From contig DASTFB010000132.1 of NCBI GenBank assembly GCA_035709005.1, positions 33,737 through 97,736 on the forward strand: a stretch of DNA of 64,000 nt, given 5' to 3'. Below the pieces are notes generated by a model that ran no database searches, was not told the origin of the DNA, and saw only the letters and a program-made list of their open reading frames with translations. This document shows positions 37,005-47,466 of this stretch, piece after piece. The stretch comes from Candidatus Methylomirabilota bacterium. Its GTDB lineage: Bacteria > Methylomirabilota > Methylomirabilia > Rokubacteriales > CSP1-6. The stretch's first letter is position 1. The number at the start of each line of letters is the position of its first letter. Made by a program: the position numbers and the translations under genes.

Positions 37005-38651
37005 CTACCGCAACGCCCCGCGATGGGAGAAGCGTGTCTCCTGGCTGGTGATGAACTCCAGGAGCGCGGCCTGGCCGTTCTCGGTGGCCTTGCGGGCCCG
37101 GGCGAAGGCGCCGGCGATGTCCTCGGGCCGCTCGACCCGCTCGCTCCAGCCGCCCAGGGCGCGCCCCAGATCCGCGTAGCGCCCGCCGATGTCGCGGGCG
37201 CCGAACTTGTCGTGAGACACGACGAGGTGCGGGATTTCGATGGCCATGGCCGAATTGTTGAGCACGACGGTGCAGACGGGGATGCCGCAGCGCACTGCGG
37301 TCTCGAAATCGAGCCCGGTCATGCCGAAGGCGGCGTCGCCCATGAAATTGACGCAGAACCTGTCGGGGGCGGCGAGCTTGGCGCCGATGATGAGGCCGAG
37401 CCCGGTGCCGAGCGCGTGGGACTTGCCCCAGCCGAGATAGCTGCGCGGCGAAACGGCCCGGTAGAAGGGCAGGAGCTGGTCGCGCGGGCTCCCCGAGTCG
37501 TGCGTGACGATCGCCTCTCGCGGGTCGACCGTGCGCATGAAGTCGGCGATGACCCGATAGGGATTGATCGGGACCTCCTTCGAGCCGAGGGTCGGCGCCC
37601 ACTCGGCCAGCCAGGCCGTGCGAACGCGCTCGAGCTCGGTGCGCACGTGCTCCCGCCCGGCGGGGCGGCCGCCCTGGGCCGTCACGGCCTCGATGAACTG
37701 ACGCAGCACCAGGCGCGCGTCCCCCAGCAGCGGGTAGTCGGCCGCGTAGCTCTTGTTGAGGTCCCGCTCGTCATTGGTGGCGTGGATGAGCGTCTTGCCG
37801 GCCGGGATGCTGGCGGCCATCCCGTGGCGGGTGAAGCTGCAGCCGATGCCGAAGACCACGTCGGCCTCGCGGAGATAGTGCAAGGTCGGCCCGCTCACGG
37901 ACGGGCCACCGGCGCCGAGCGCGAGCGGGTGGTCCTCGGGGAACGCGCTCTTGGCTTCCATCGTGGTCATGACCGGCGCTTGGAGCAGGTCGGCCAGCTC
38001 GAGCAGCTCGGCCGACGCCTCGGCGTACAGCACGCCCTGACCAGCGTGAATCACCGGCCGCCGCGCCTCGCGCAGCACCCGGGCGGCCGTCTCGACGTCG
38101 CGGGCATTGGCGCCGGCCGCCGTCGCCTTGACGGGCCGGTACGCCTCGATGAGGGCCTCAGGGACTTCTTCACTCACGACGTCGGCGGGGATCTCGACCA
38201 TCACCGGGCCCGGGCGGCCCATGCGCATCAGGCTCATGGCCCGGCGCATGACGTCCGCGATCTGCGTGCTCATGCTGACGGTCTCGACGGACTTCGTCAC
38301 CGACGCGTAGATGCGCGCCGAGCTGAACAGGGGGAAGACCTGCGCGCGGTCGCGCGGGTGCCCGAGCGGCAGGATCAGCATCGGCGTGGAGTCGGAGTAC
38401 GCGGTGGCCACGCCGGGAAAGGCGTTCTCGGCCCCGGGGCCGTACTGCATGCAGAAGACGGCGAGCGTCTTGCCGTTCCTCACCCGCGCATAGCCGTCGG
38501 CGATCCCCACGCCCACCCGTTCCTGACGGCAGAGCACGGGCCGGATGTCGGCCTTGGCCGCGGCCTCGATCACCGGGGTGGTGGGATAGGCGCTCAAGAA
38601 CTCGGCGCCCTCCATCTTCAGAATGCGGGCGATGGCCTCGACGACGTTCAC
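37005..38651 (-). CDS. Thiamine-pyrophosphate-dependent enzyme (acetolactate-synthase-like, three-domain)
   Basis: 548 aa with a TPP-binding motif (GDAAFGMTGLDFETAVR..NN). Confidence 0.8.
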   Translation of the reverse strand: MNVVEAIARILKMEGAEFLSAYPTTPVIEAAAKADIRPVLCRQERVGVGIADGYARVRNGKTLAVFCMQYGPGAENAFPGVATAYSDSTPMLILPLGHPRDRAQVFPLFSSARIYASVTKSVETVSMSTQIADVMRRAMSLMRMGRPGPVMVEIPADVVSEEVPEALIEAYRPVKATAAGANARDVETAARVLREARRPVIHAGQGVLYAEASAELLELADLLQAPVMTTMEAKSAFPEDHPLALGAGGPSVSGPTLHYLREADVVFGIGCSFTRHGMAASIPAGKTLIHATNDERDLNKSYAADYPLLGDARLVLRQFIEAVTAQGGRPAGREHVRTELERVRTAWLAEWAPTLGSKEVPINPYRVIADFMRTVDPREAIVTHDSGSPRDQLLPFYRAVSPRSYLGWGKSHALGTGLGLIIGAKLAAPDRFCVNFMGDAAFGMTGLDFETAVRCGIPVCTVVLNNSAMAIEIPHLVVSHDKFGARDIGGRYADLGRALGGWSERVERPEDIAGAFARARKATENGQAALLEFITSQETRFSHRGALR

Positions 38652-38664
38652 GGTTGGCGCTCCT

Positions 38665-39102
38665 TCAGGCTCTCGGCTCGGCGATGAAGACCGGGATCCG
38701 CCGCGCGGTCTTCGCCTGGTACTCCTCGTAGGGCGGATACGCCGCGACGGCGAGCTTCCACAGCCGCGCCCGCTCCGTCTCGTCGCTGACCTCGCGGACC
38801 CGCATCGGCTTGACGACGGTGTGGTCGCGGATCTCCACGCCGGGGTTCGCGCGCAGGTTGTACACCCAGACCGGGTGCGTCGGTGCGCCGCCCATCGAGC
38901 CGACGAGGACGTAGTTGGCGCCGTCCGTCACGCGCATCAGCGGGGTCTTGCGAATCGCGCCCGTTTTGTTGCCGGTGTGCGTCACGATGATCACCGGCAG
39001 GCCGGTGTCGCGGAGCGTGGTGCCTTCCCTCCCGCCACTGCGCTCGTAGAGCTCCACCTGCTCGCGCACCCACTGCCGGGGGCTGGGGACATAAGGGGGC
39101 AT
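38665..39102 (-). CDS. Deazaflavin (F420)-dependent nitroreductase family protein (DDN/PF04075)
   Basis: 145 aa (WVREQVELYERSGGREGTTLRDTGLPVIIVTHTGNKTGAIRKTPLMRV..). Confidence 0.75.
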   Translation of the reverse strand: MPPYVPSPRQWVREQVELYERSGGREGTTLRDTGLPVIIVTHTGNKTGAIRKTPLMRVTDGANYVLVGSMGGAPTHPVWVYNLRANPGVEIRDHTVVKPMRVREVSDETERARLWKLAVAAYPPYEEYQAKTARRIPVFIAEPRA

Positions 39103-39267
39103 CGTGATCTCCTCGTTGAGTGGTGACTCGGCACACTAGGAGCGATCCGCGCACGTGTCAAGGCTCACGGGCTCGGCTCAGCAACGGCTTCGACAACATT
39201 CAGCGCGTGGAGGCCGGGCGCGCCCCGTTCTGGGTGGTCCCCGAGCTGCGGAGCTAGGCGGCGCCCC

Positions 39268-40176
39268 TCAGTTGGCCACGGACGGCCGGAGACGCTCGGC
39301 GATGATGTCGATGGTCTGGTGGATCGCCGGGTAGGTCGCGTAGGACACCTCGAGGGCGATGTGGCCGCACCCGAGGTCCCGAAAGCCGCGCAGCTCATCC
39401 GCGATCGCTGGGGGGGAGCCGCCGATCACGTGGCGCCCGCGGATGAGCGCCATGTCCACCGCGGGCCGATGCACGCCCTCGATCACGATGGGGATGCGCA
39501 GGGACAGGGCGGGTTCACCCTCGCGACCGACCTCTTTCCAGAGGCGGCGGAGTGTGTCCACGCCTTGGCGGAACGCGTCGAGCGTGGTCGCGGTCGCGTG
39601 CCAGCCGTCGCCGAGCCGGGCGACGCGGCGGAGCGCGCCCTCGCTGTTGCCGCCGACGTAGAGCGGCGGCCGCGGCTTCTGGAGCGGCATCGGGGAGAAC
39701 GTCACCCCATCCAGCCGGTGACGCTTCGTCTGGATCTTCGGGTGCTCCTGCGTCCACAAGGTACGGAACAGCTCCAGGGCTTCCTCGCTCCGGCTGACGC
39801 GCTCCTTGAAGGGCACGCCGAGCGCGTCGAATTCTCCTTCCAGCCAGCCGATGGCGGCGCCCACGATCAGGCGGCCGCCGGAGAGGACGTCCACGCTGGC
39901 CAGCAGCTTGGCCACCGGAACCGGCGAGCGGTACGGGAGGATCACGACACTGGTGCCCAGCGCGATGCGCTGGGTGACACCAGCGAGCCACGGCAAGACC
40001 GCGAGCGGATCGAGCATATGCTCGCGATAGATCACGTTCGCCTGGTCGGGCACGATCACGTGGTCGGTGACCCAGACGGAATCGAGGCCGCGCTCCTCGG
40101 CGCGGCGCGCGACCTCGAGCATGCGCGACACCTCGATCGGACGGCCATAGTGCGGCAAGCAGACACCGAGCTTCAT
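39268..40176 (-). CDS. LLM-class (luciferase-like) F420-dependent oxidoreductase
   Basis: From the internal Met MKLGVCLPHYG.. TIM-barrel LLM pattern. Confidence 0.75.
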   Translation of the reverse strand: MKLGVCLPHYGRPIEVSRMLEVARRAEERGLDSVWVTDHVIVPDQANVIYREHMLDPLAVLPWLAGVTQRIALGTSVVILPYRSPVPVAKLLASVDVLSGGRLIVGAAIGWLEGEFDALGVPFKERVSRSEEALELFRTLWTQEHPKIQTKRHRLDGVTFSPMPLQKPRPPLYVGGNSEGALRRVARLGDGWHATATTLDAFRQGVDTLRRLWKEVGREGEPALSLRIPIVIEGVHRPAVDMALIRGRHVIGGSPPAIADELRGFRDLGCGHIALEVSYATYPAIHQTIDIIAERLRPSVAN

Positions 40177-40182
40177 CGGGCG

Positions 40183-40195
40183 GCAGTATACTCCT
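40183..40195. promoter_or_regulatory. GGCAGTATACTCC, site 2 of the same palindromic motif
   Basis: It lies in the 35-nt divergent spacer between the LLM gene and the frameshifted ribH2 gene. Confidence 0.4.
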
Positions 40196-40211
40196 GTCAC
40201 GGAGGGACACC

Positions 40212-40703
<492 letters not shown>

Positions 40704-40727
40704 CCTATCCCGGCTGGGAGCCCGGGC

Positions 40728-41556
40728 GGTGAAGACGGTCCTCATCACTGGTGCCGCCGGAGACGTCGGCGCGCATCTCAGCCGAGAGCTGGCCGGAAAA
40801 TACAAGCTGCGGCTGTCCGACAAGCGCCCCCTGAAGGCGGCCAAGGGGCAGACGTTCGTGAAAGCCGACGTCGCGAAGATGGCCGACGCGCTCCGCATCA
40901 CCAAGGGCGTCGACGCCATCGTGCATCTTGGCGGGTATTCGGTGGAAGGCCCGTGGCCGGCCATTCTGCAGGCGAACATCATCGGCTGCTACAACGTGTT
41001 CGAGGCGGCGCGGCGCAACGGCGTGAGGCGCATCCTCTTCCCGACCAGCAACCATGCCGTCGGCTTCTACCGCCGGGACCAGACGATCGACCATCGCGTC
41101 TACATCAAGCCCGACAGCCGGTACGGCGTCTCCAAGGTCTTCGGCGAGGCGCTCGGCAGCCTCTATGCCGACAAATACGGCATGGAGGTCTTCATGATAC
41201 GCATCGGCAATGTGAACCCCGCGCCGATCGACAGGCGCCGGCTCTCGATCTGGATCAGCCCGAGAGATCTCGCGCAGCTCGTCTCGATCGGGATCGACCA
41301 TCCCGACGTCAAGTTCGAGATCGTGTACGGCATCTCCCGGAACACGCGCGCCTGGTACGATAACTCCAACGCCTTCCGTCTCGGCTATCGGCCTCAGGAC
41401 GACAGCGAAGTCCACGCCGCCGCGGTGCTGGCGCGAGAGAAACCGAGCGACGACGTGATCGCGGAGACCCACCAGGGCGGCAGCTTCTGCACCGCCGAGG
41501 ACGTGCCGAATCCTGCCGCGCCGAGGAAACCCGCGAACAAAGGCAGGAGGAAATGA
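40728..41556 (+). CDS. udh: Uronate dehydrogenase-like NAD-dependent SDR
   Basis: From a GTG at about 40728 (VKTVLITGAAGDVGAHL..). Similar to Udh throughout (HLGGYSVEGPW..ILQANIIG.YN..YGVSK..). Confidence 0.7.
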
Positions 41557-41584
41557 CGAGGGACGTCCTTGACCTTCGCCCTCC

Positions 41585-41605
41585 CCCCGCAGAAGCCGTG
41601 CGGGG
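41585..41605. terminator. GC-rich hairpin (7-bp stem CCCCGCA/TGCGGGG, 7-nt loop) between the convergent udh and CoA-transferase genes
   Basis: Seen in the sequence. There is no U-tract, which is typical of high-GC genomes but makes this weak evidence. Confidence 0.25.
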
Positions 41606-41661
41606 CCGCGCGATCGCCGCCACCATCGCGTCCCGGGCGGCCGTTCGTCCCTAGAGAGCGA

Positions 41662-42855
41662 TCAGACCACGCCGTCTTTGGCGAGCGCGGTGATCTCCGC
41701 CTCGCTGTACCCGAGCTCGACCAGGATGTCGTGCCGATGCTGGCCGAGGAGTGGCGACGGGCCGATCGTCGTCGGTGAGGCGGAGAGCTTGATCGGGTTG
41801 CCCACGGTCACGTATCGCCCACGCACCGGGTGCTCGATTTCGACGATCATCTCTCGCTCCCGAAGATGCGGATCCCCGAGCACCTCGCCGGTGTCCAGGC
41901 AGGCCCCACAGGGGACGCCGGCGGCTGCCAGGATCTTCATGACCTCGTGTTTGGAGCGCTGGGACGTCCACGCCTCGATCAGCCCGTCGACCTCGACCTT
42001 GCGCTGCCAGCGTGCGTCCGCGGTTTCGAAGCGCGTGTCGCCGATGAGGTCGTCCCGCCCCATGGCGCGCAGCAGTGGGTGCCACATCTGCTGCTGCGCG
42101 TAGATGAAAACGTAGTCGTTGGCGCCGCCGGGCGCGCAGCGGTACGTCGTCCCCGGCACATTGGTACCGAGCTGATTGCCGGAGCGCTCTCGCGCCTTGC
42201 CGTGGCGCTGGTGGTCACGCAGGCTGACGCGGATGAGGTTGACGACCGCGTCTTGCATCGACACCTCGACCTGCTGCCCCTGGCCGGTGGTGTGGCGCTG
42301 CATGAGCGCGGCGAGGATGCCGATCACGCAGTGCATGCCGGTACCGGAGTCGCCGATCGCAGGCCACATGTACATCGGCGGGCCGTCGGCGACGCCGGTC
42401 ACGCTCATGGCCCCGCCCATGGCTTGCGCGATGGGCTCGTAGCTCTTGTAGTCGCGGTAGGGCCCGTACGAACCGAAGCCCTTGATGCTCGCGAACACCA
42501 ACCGTGGATTGATCGCCTGGAGAATCGGATAGCCGAAGCCGAGGCGCTCGATGACGCCGGGGCCGAAGTTCTCCAGCAGCACGTCGGCCGTCTTCAGCAG
42601 GGTCCGGAAGACGTCCTTGCCGCGCGGGTGCTTCAGATTGAGCGTCAGGCTTCGCTTGTTCGCGTTGAACGACAGGTAGAAGAGGCTGTCGGCGTCGGGT
42701 CGGTCCCGGTGGGTGTGCCGAGCCGGGTCGCCCATGTCCGGCTCCTCGACCTTGATGACGTCGGCGCCCAGCCAGGCTAGCATCTGGCCGCAGGACGGCC
42801 CCGCCTGGTTGTTCGTGAGATCGACGACCCGGATACCCGCCAGCGCCTCGCCCAT
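41662..42855 (-). CDS. CoA-transferase family III (CaiB/BaiF/Frc-like)
   Basis: 397 aa (IRVVDLTNNQAGPSCGQMLAWLGADVIKVE..). Confidence 0.85.
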   Translation of the reverse strand: MGEALAGIRVVDLTNNQAGPSCGQMLAWLGADVIKVEEPDMGDPARHTHRDRPDADSLFYLSFNANKRSLTLNLKHPRGKDVFRTLLKTADVLLENFGPGVIERLGFGYPILQAINPRLVFASIKGFGSYGPYRDYKSYEPIAQAMGGAMSVTGVADGPPMYMWPAIGDSGTGMHCVIGILAALMQRHTTGQGQQVEVSMQDAVVNLIRVSLRDHQRHGKARERSGNQLGTNVPGTTYRCAPGGANDYVFIYAQQQMWHPLLRAMGRDDLIGDTRFETADARWQRKVEVDGLIEAWTSQRSKHEVMKILAAAGVPCGACLDTGEVLGDPHLREREMIVEIEHPVRGRYVTVGNPIKLSASPTTIGPSPLLGQHRHDILVELGYSEAEITALAKDGVV

Positions 42856-42971
42856 CGTCCGTATCCTCCCGCCAAGATTCTAAAGCCGTCCGGTCTTCGA
42901 GGAGCAGCCAGGGCCATTGACACGGGAGTGCGACACGCTACCATCACGGCCACAATGCGGCTCAAGGCTCA

Positions 42972-45383
42972 GTGAGCGTGGACACGGTGCGGACGGTCAC
43001 GGGGTACTGCGGGTTCTGCGCGGTGCACTGTCCGGTCGTCACGACGGTGGACGGGGCGCGGATCGTCTCGGTCGAACCGGATGGCGCGCATCCGTATGGC
43101 GGTGCGATCTGTTCCAAGGGGCGGGCGGCGCCCGAGTTCCACGACCACGGCGACCGCGTGAACGTTCCACTGCGCCGCACGCGGCCGAAGACGGACCCCG
43201 ACCCCGGCTGGAAGCCCTGCCGCTGGGACGAGGCGCTCGACCTGATCGCGGACAAGCTGCTCGCAGTGCGCGCGGCCGCCGGCCCGCAGGCGGTGGCGTT
43301 CAACAAGGGGACGACCGGCGGCACCGCACTCACGGATTCCGAGCGCTGGCTCCAGCGGCTCATCAATCACTTCGGGACGCCGAACATCGGCGGGACGACC
43401 CATCTGTGCCAGTGGCCGCGCGACACCGGCGGGGCCCAGTACACGTTCGGCACGCACGCGCTGCCCATGCCCGACGTCCACCGCAGCGCCGCGATCGTGC
43501 TCTGGGGCTCGAACCCGAACGGGAACTTCCTGAGTCTGGCCACCGACGTCGCGGCGGCGAAGGCGCGGGGGGCCAAGCTGCTGGTGATCGACCCGCGCCG
43601 GGTGGGTCTCGCCAACAAGGCCGACGTCTGGCTTCAGGTCCGGCCGGGCACCGATGGAGCGCTCGCGCTGGGCCTGATCCATCTCCTGATCCGCGAGCGC
43701 CGATACGACGACGAGTTCGTGCGGGGGTGGACGAATGCGCCCTTTCTCGTGCGCGACGACACGGGAGCGCTGCTCACCGGCGTGGACCTCGACGGTGCAT
43801 CGTCGGCGTCCGGCGTGTACGTGGCGGTAGGGGAAAGGGACGGCCGCCTCGTGCGCTACGACGCCGGGCGCGGCGCGTACGCGAGCGATGCGCGCCTGGC
43901 GCTGGGTGGGTCGGGCGACGTCCGGCTGGCCGACGGGCGCCGAGTGACGTGCCGACCCGTGTTCGAGCGCCTGGCCTCGATCGTCGCCGGGTATCCGCCC
44001 GATGTGGTCGCGGAGACCACCGGCGTGTCGGCCGGGAAGATCGTGGCGGCCGCGCGGTTGCTCGGCGAGCACCGCCCGGTATCGCACTATTTCCACAACG
44101 GCCTCGTGCAACACACGAACGCCACGCAGGCGGCCCGGGCCATCGAGGTCCTCTACGCGTTGATCGGCGATTTCGACCGGCCGGGGGGCAATGTGGCGGG
44201 CCCGTCGCCACGGGTGCACGACGTCAGCGCCAAAGCGGTGCTGCCCAGCGCCCTGGCGGCGATGCGGCTGGGACGCCCGGAGCGGCCGATCGGCCCGCCG
44301 GCCGCGCCGGGTGTCGTCACCGCCTACGATCTCTACCGCGCGATCCTCGACGGCCAGCCGTACCGGGTGCGGGCGTTGGTGTCATTCGGCGCCAACATGC
44401 TGCTGGCCAACGGCGACTCGCTACGGGGCCGGCGCGCGCTCGAACAGCTCGAGTTCTTCGCGCAGATCGAGCTCACGCACACGCCGACCAGCCGCTTCGC
44501 CGACGTGCTGCTGCCCGCCGCGAGCTGGATGGAATCGTCGGCCCTCAAGGTCGGTCACCGCTATCCGCCGCAGGCCATGGCTCACATCCAGTTCCGGGAG
44601 GCCGTGGTGCCGCCCCTGTACGAGCGCCGCTCGGACGTCGAGATCCTCTTCGGCCTCGCCACGCGGCTCGGCCTGGGCGACGTCTTCTGGGGCGGTGACG
44701 TCGAGGCCGGGTATCGCTACCTGCTGGAGCCGGCCGGCGTCAGCCTGGATGCCCTGCGGGGGCGGCCGTACGGGATCGCCGCCACCGGGACGCCATTGCG
44801 CTACCGGAAGTTCGCGGAGATCGAGGAGGGCCGCGGAGTGGCGCGGGGATTCGCGACGCCGACCAGGAAGGTGGAGATCTTCGCCACTCGCTTCGCCGAG
44901 CACGGCTTGCCGGCGCTGCCGCACTACGTCGAGCCGGCCCTGAGTCCGCGGAGCCGCCCGGACCTGGTCGAGCGCTTCCCTCTCGTGCTGACCAACGCCA
45001 AGCGCCCGCAATACCTCCACAGCCAGCTCCGCGGCCTGCCTAGCCTCAGAAAGACTGCGCCCAACCCCACCGCCGAGATCCATCCCGACACCGCAAAGCG
45101 CTTCGACGTGACGTCAGGCGAATGGATCCTCGTGGAGACCCCGAGCGGCCGGGTCCGCGCGCAGGCGCACGTCACCGACACGGTGCTCGCCGGTGTCGTC
45201 TGCTGCTCCCACGGCTGGTGGGAAGCGTGTCCGGAGCTGGACCTGCCGGGCTTCGACCCTTTCACCGAAGCCGGCGCCAACCAGAACCTCCTCGTCCTCA
45301 ACGACCAGCACGACCCGGTCAGCGGCGGTACCCCCCACCGCTCCACGCTCTGTCGTGTGGTCAAGGCCGCGCGGCCTTCCTAG
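42972..45383 (+). CDS. Molybdopterin-dependent oxidoreductase (cytoplasmic; formate-dehydrogenase / nitrate-reductase-like)
   Basis: 803 aa with an N-terminal [4Fe-4S] Cys cluster (CGFCAVHCPV..C), no Tat signal and a GTG start. Confidence 0.85.
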   Translation: MSVDTVRTVTGYCGFCAVHCPVVTTVDGARIVSVEPDGAHPYGGAICSKGRAAPEFHDHGDRVNVPLRRTRPKTDPDPGWKPCRWDEALDLIADKLLAVRAAAGPQAVAFNKGTTGGTALTDSERWLQRLINHFGTPNIGGTTHLCQWPRDTGGAQYTFGTHALPMPDVHRSAAIVLWGSNPNGNFLSLATDVAAAKARGAKLLVIDPRRVGLANKADVWLQVRPGTDGALALGLIHLLIRERRYDDEFVRGWTNAPFLVRDDTGALLTGVDLDGASSASGVYVAVGERDGRLVRYDAGRGAYASDARLALGGSGDVRLADGRRVTCRPVFERLASIVAGYPPDVVAETTGVSAGKIVAAARLLGEHRPVSHYFHNGLVQHTNATQAARAIEVLYALIGDFDRPGGNVAGPSPRVHDVSAKAVLPSALAAMRLGRPERPIGPPAAPGVVTAYDLYRAILDGQPYRVRALVSFGANMLLANGDSLRGRRALEQLEFFAQIELTHTPTSRFADVLLPAASWMESSALKVGHRYPPQAMAHIQFREAVVPPLYERRSDVEILFGLATRLGLGDVFWGGDVEAGYRYLLEPAGVSLDALRGRPYGIAATGTPLRYRKFAEIEEGRGVARGFATPTRKVEIFATRFAEHGLPALPHYVEPALSPRSRPDLVERFPLVLTNAKRPQYLHSQLRGLPSLRKTAPNPTAEIHPDTAKRFDVTSGEWILVETPSGRVRAQAHVTDTVLAGVVCCSHGWWEACPELDLPGFDPFTEAGANQNLLVLNDQHDPVSGGTPHRSTLCRVVKAARPS

Positions 45384-45974
45384 GCCGCGCGGCCACCCAG
45401 GCGGCCACCGCGGACCCGGCGACGGCGAGGGCCGCGGCGGCGAACGGAATCTGGTAATTTCCGGTCGCGTCGAACAGCCAGCCGCCCAGGAAAGGCCCAA
45501 TCGCGCCGCCCAGGCCGCCACCCGCCTGGACCACCCCGAGGATCGCGCCCAGATGTGGCCCCGAGAAGAAGTCGGCGGGAATCGCCGAGAGCTGCGCGAT
45601 GCGCATGCCGAAGCCGAATCCGGAGGCCGTGCAGAGCAGGAGAAGCGGTAGATCGTGAGGGCCTCGCAACGCGCCCTGACCCGCAAGGGCCAGAGCCAGA
45701 CCGAGAACCAGTCCGCTGATGGTCACGACCGTTCGCGCTCCCCGGCGATCGGAGAGCCAGCGGCGACGGACGCCCAGACCACGAAGCACAGCCAGCTCAG
45801 CGAGTAGCCGAGCGCGGTCGGGCCGCGTCCCCACACGAACACTTCGAGGATCGCGAATAAAAGAGTGCGAACGTGGATCGCGGAGCCCACGCGAGAACGG
45901 TAGCGCAACTCACCCGGATCGCCGCTGTGTGGTAGTGATGGCGGCATCGTCGAGCCACAGGACCATGGCGGCAT
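45361..45974 (-). pseudogene. MFS transporter remnant (C-terminal half only, oxalate/formate-antiporter-like), frameshifted near 45800
   Basis: The 157-aa ORF matches TM7-12 of the intact MFS at 62619..63902 (WLSDRRGARTVVTISGLVL...GGLGGAIGPFLGGWLFD). The N-terminal six-helix half is absent; that space is occupied by alkA. Confidence 0.5.
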
Positions 45975-47379
45975 AGGCCCGCCAGGGCCGCCACCGCTCC
46001 GCCCGACGCTGGAGCAGAGCCGGCGAAGGTCTGGCCAGGTGCCGTCGCATGGCGCGGAGAAGACCGTGATCGCCCACGGGGAAGGCGTCGGGCTCGCGCA
46101 GCGCGCGCATCGCGATGTACTCCGCGGTCCAATCGCCGATGCCGGGCAAGGTCACCAGTTCGGCCACCGTGTGCTCCACCGAGCCGGTCGTCCGAAGCAG
46201 CGTTGGATCTCTCATCACCGCAGCCGCCAGCGACGAGATGGCCGCGGCCCGCGCGCGGGGGACTCCGATGCTCGAGAGATCAGCATGGGCCAGCGTCTTG
46301 GCGTCCGGAAACAGGACCCGCAGGTCACCACCCGAGCTCGGCGTGCCGAGTCGCTCGCCGAAGGTCGCCGCCAGCCGTCCGGCCAGCGTCGATGCCGCGG
46401 CGACGCTCACCTGCTGGCCGAGCGTGGCCCTCACGGCGAGCTCGAACGCGTCCCACGCTCCCGGAACCCGCAGTCCCGGGCGTGCGGCGAGGCGGGACGC
46501 CAGCGCGGGATCACGGCCGAGGTGCGTGGCGATCGGCTCCGGATCCGCGTCGAGGTCGAAGAGGTGGCGCAAGCGTGCCGCAATGGCGGCCAGCGCGGGC
46601 AACCGATCGACGGTGATCGTGGCCAGGAGAAACGGCTCGGCGGCCGACCGGATCTCCACGATCCCCTGCGTGCCGTCCAGGCTGATCGTCCGGCGGTAGA
46701 CCCCGTTCTCGACCGACTCGACACCCGGAATCGCCCGCCGTGCGAGAAATGCCAATACCCCGGCCCAGTCGTACGGAGGCCGGTATGGTAGGCGCAGCGT
46801 GAGCCGAGACGCCGTCGATGCGGCCGCCCGCCGCAGGTCACGCGGGGGGCGGCCGAATGTCCGCTGCATCACCGCGTTGAAGCGGCGGACACTGCCGAAC
46901 CCCGCTCCGAGCGCGACCTGCGTCAGGGGCAGGCCGGTATCGGTAATGAGTTGCTTGGCGAGAAAGACGCGCTGCACTTGCAGGACCGCAACGGGGGAGG
47001 CTCCGACGTGCCGTCGGAACAGACGCCGCAAGTGCCGGCTCCCGACGCCCAGCCGCGAGGCGAGTGCTTCGAGGTTCGTGGCCTCGGGCCCGTCCTCGGC
47101 GAGGAGGCGGAGCGCACGGTCGACCGTCGCCACCGTCCCGCTCCACGCCGGAACTCCCGGGCTGATCTCGGGCCGACAACGGAGGCAGGGCCTGAACCCG
47201 GCAGAGTATGCCGCCGCCGCCGTCGGAAAGAAGACACAGTTTTCGAGCCTGGGCGTCGGGGCCGGACAAATCGGCCGGCAGAAGATTCCCGTGGACAGTA
47301 CCCCGGTCAGAAAGCGCCCGTCGAAGCCTCGATCCCGGGCCTGGACAGCGCGATAGCACGCCTCGTGGTCAAGATCCAT
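45910..47379 (-). CDS. alkA: AdaA-AlkA fusion: Ada zinc-binding domain, AraC-type HTH, and DNA-3-methyladenine glycosylase II
   Basis: 489 aa with an N-terminal Cys motif (FCRPICPA..CLRCRPE), an AraC HTH and a C-terminal HhH-GPD glycosylase. Confidence 0.85.
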   Translation of the reverse strand: MDLDHEACYRAVQARDRGFDGRFLTGVLSTGIFCRPICPAPTPRLENCVFFPTAAAAYSAGFRPCLRCRPEISPGVPAWSGTVATVDRALRLLAEDGPEATNLEALASRLGVGSRHLRRLFRRHVGASPVAVLQVQRVFLAKQLITDTGLPLTQVALGAGFGSVRRFNAVMQRTFGRPPRDLRRAAASTASRLTLRLPYRPPYDWAGVLAFLARRAIPGVESVENGVYRRTISLDGTQGIVEIRSAAEPFLLATITVDRLPALAAIAARLRHLFDLDADPEPIATHLGRDPALASRLAARPGLRVPGAWDAFELAVRATLGQQVSVAAASTLAGRLAATFGERLGTPSSGGDLRVLFPDAKTLAHADLSSIGVPRARAAAISSLAAAVMRDPTLLRTTGSVEHTVAELVTLPGIGDWTAEYIAMRALREPDAFPVGDHGLLRAMRRHLARPSPALLQRRAERWRPWRAYAAMVLWLDDAAITTTQRRSG

Positions 47380-47466
47380 GCCGCTCGATTCCGATGATAG
47401 ACGCCGGCCGGACGAGACGTCTCGCCGTTTTCGGACACGATTGGCGACGTCCCGAGACGCTCCGAG

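Noticed and set aside
42917-44698. 593-aa ORF in an alternative frame over the molybdoenzyme gene, plus minus-strand shadows
   Set aside because: The true reading frame carries the Cys-cluster and molybdopterin-oxidoreductase motifs. The others are low-complexity shadows.
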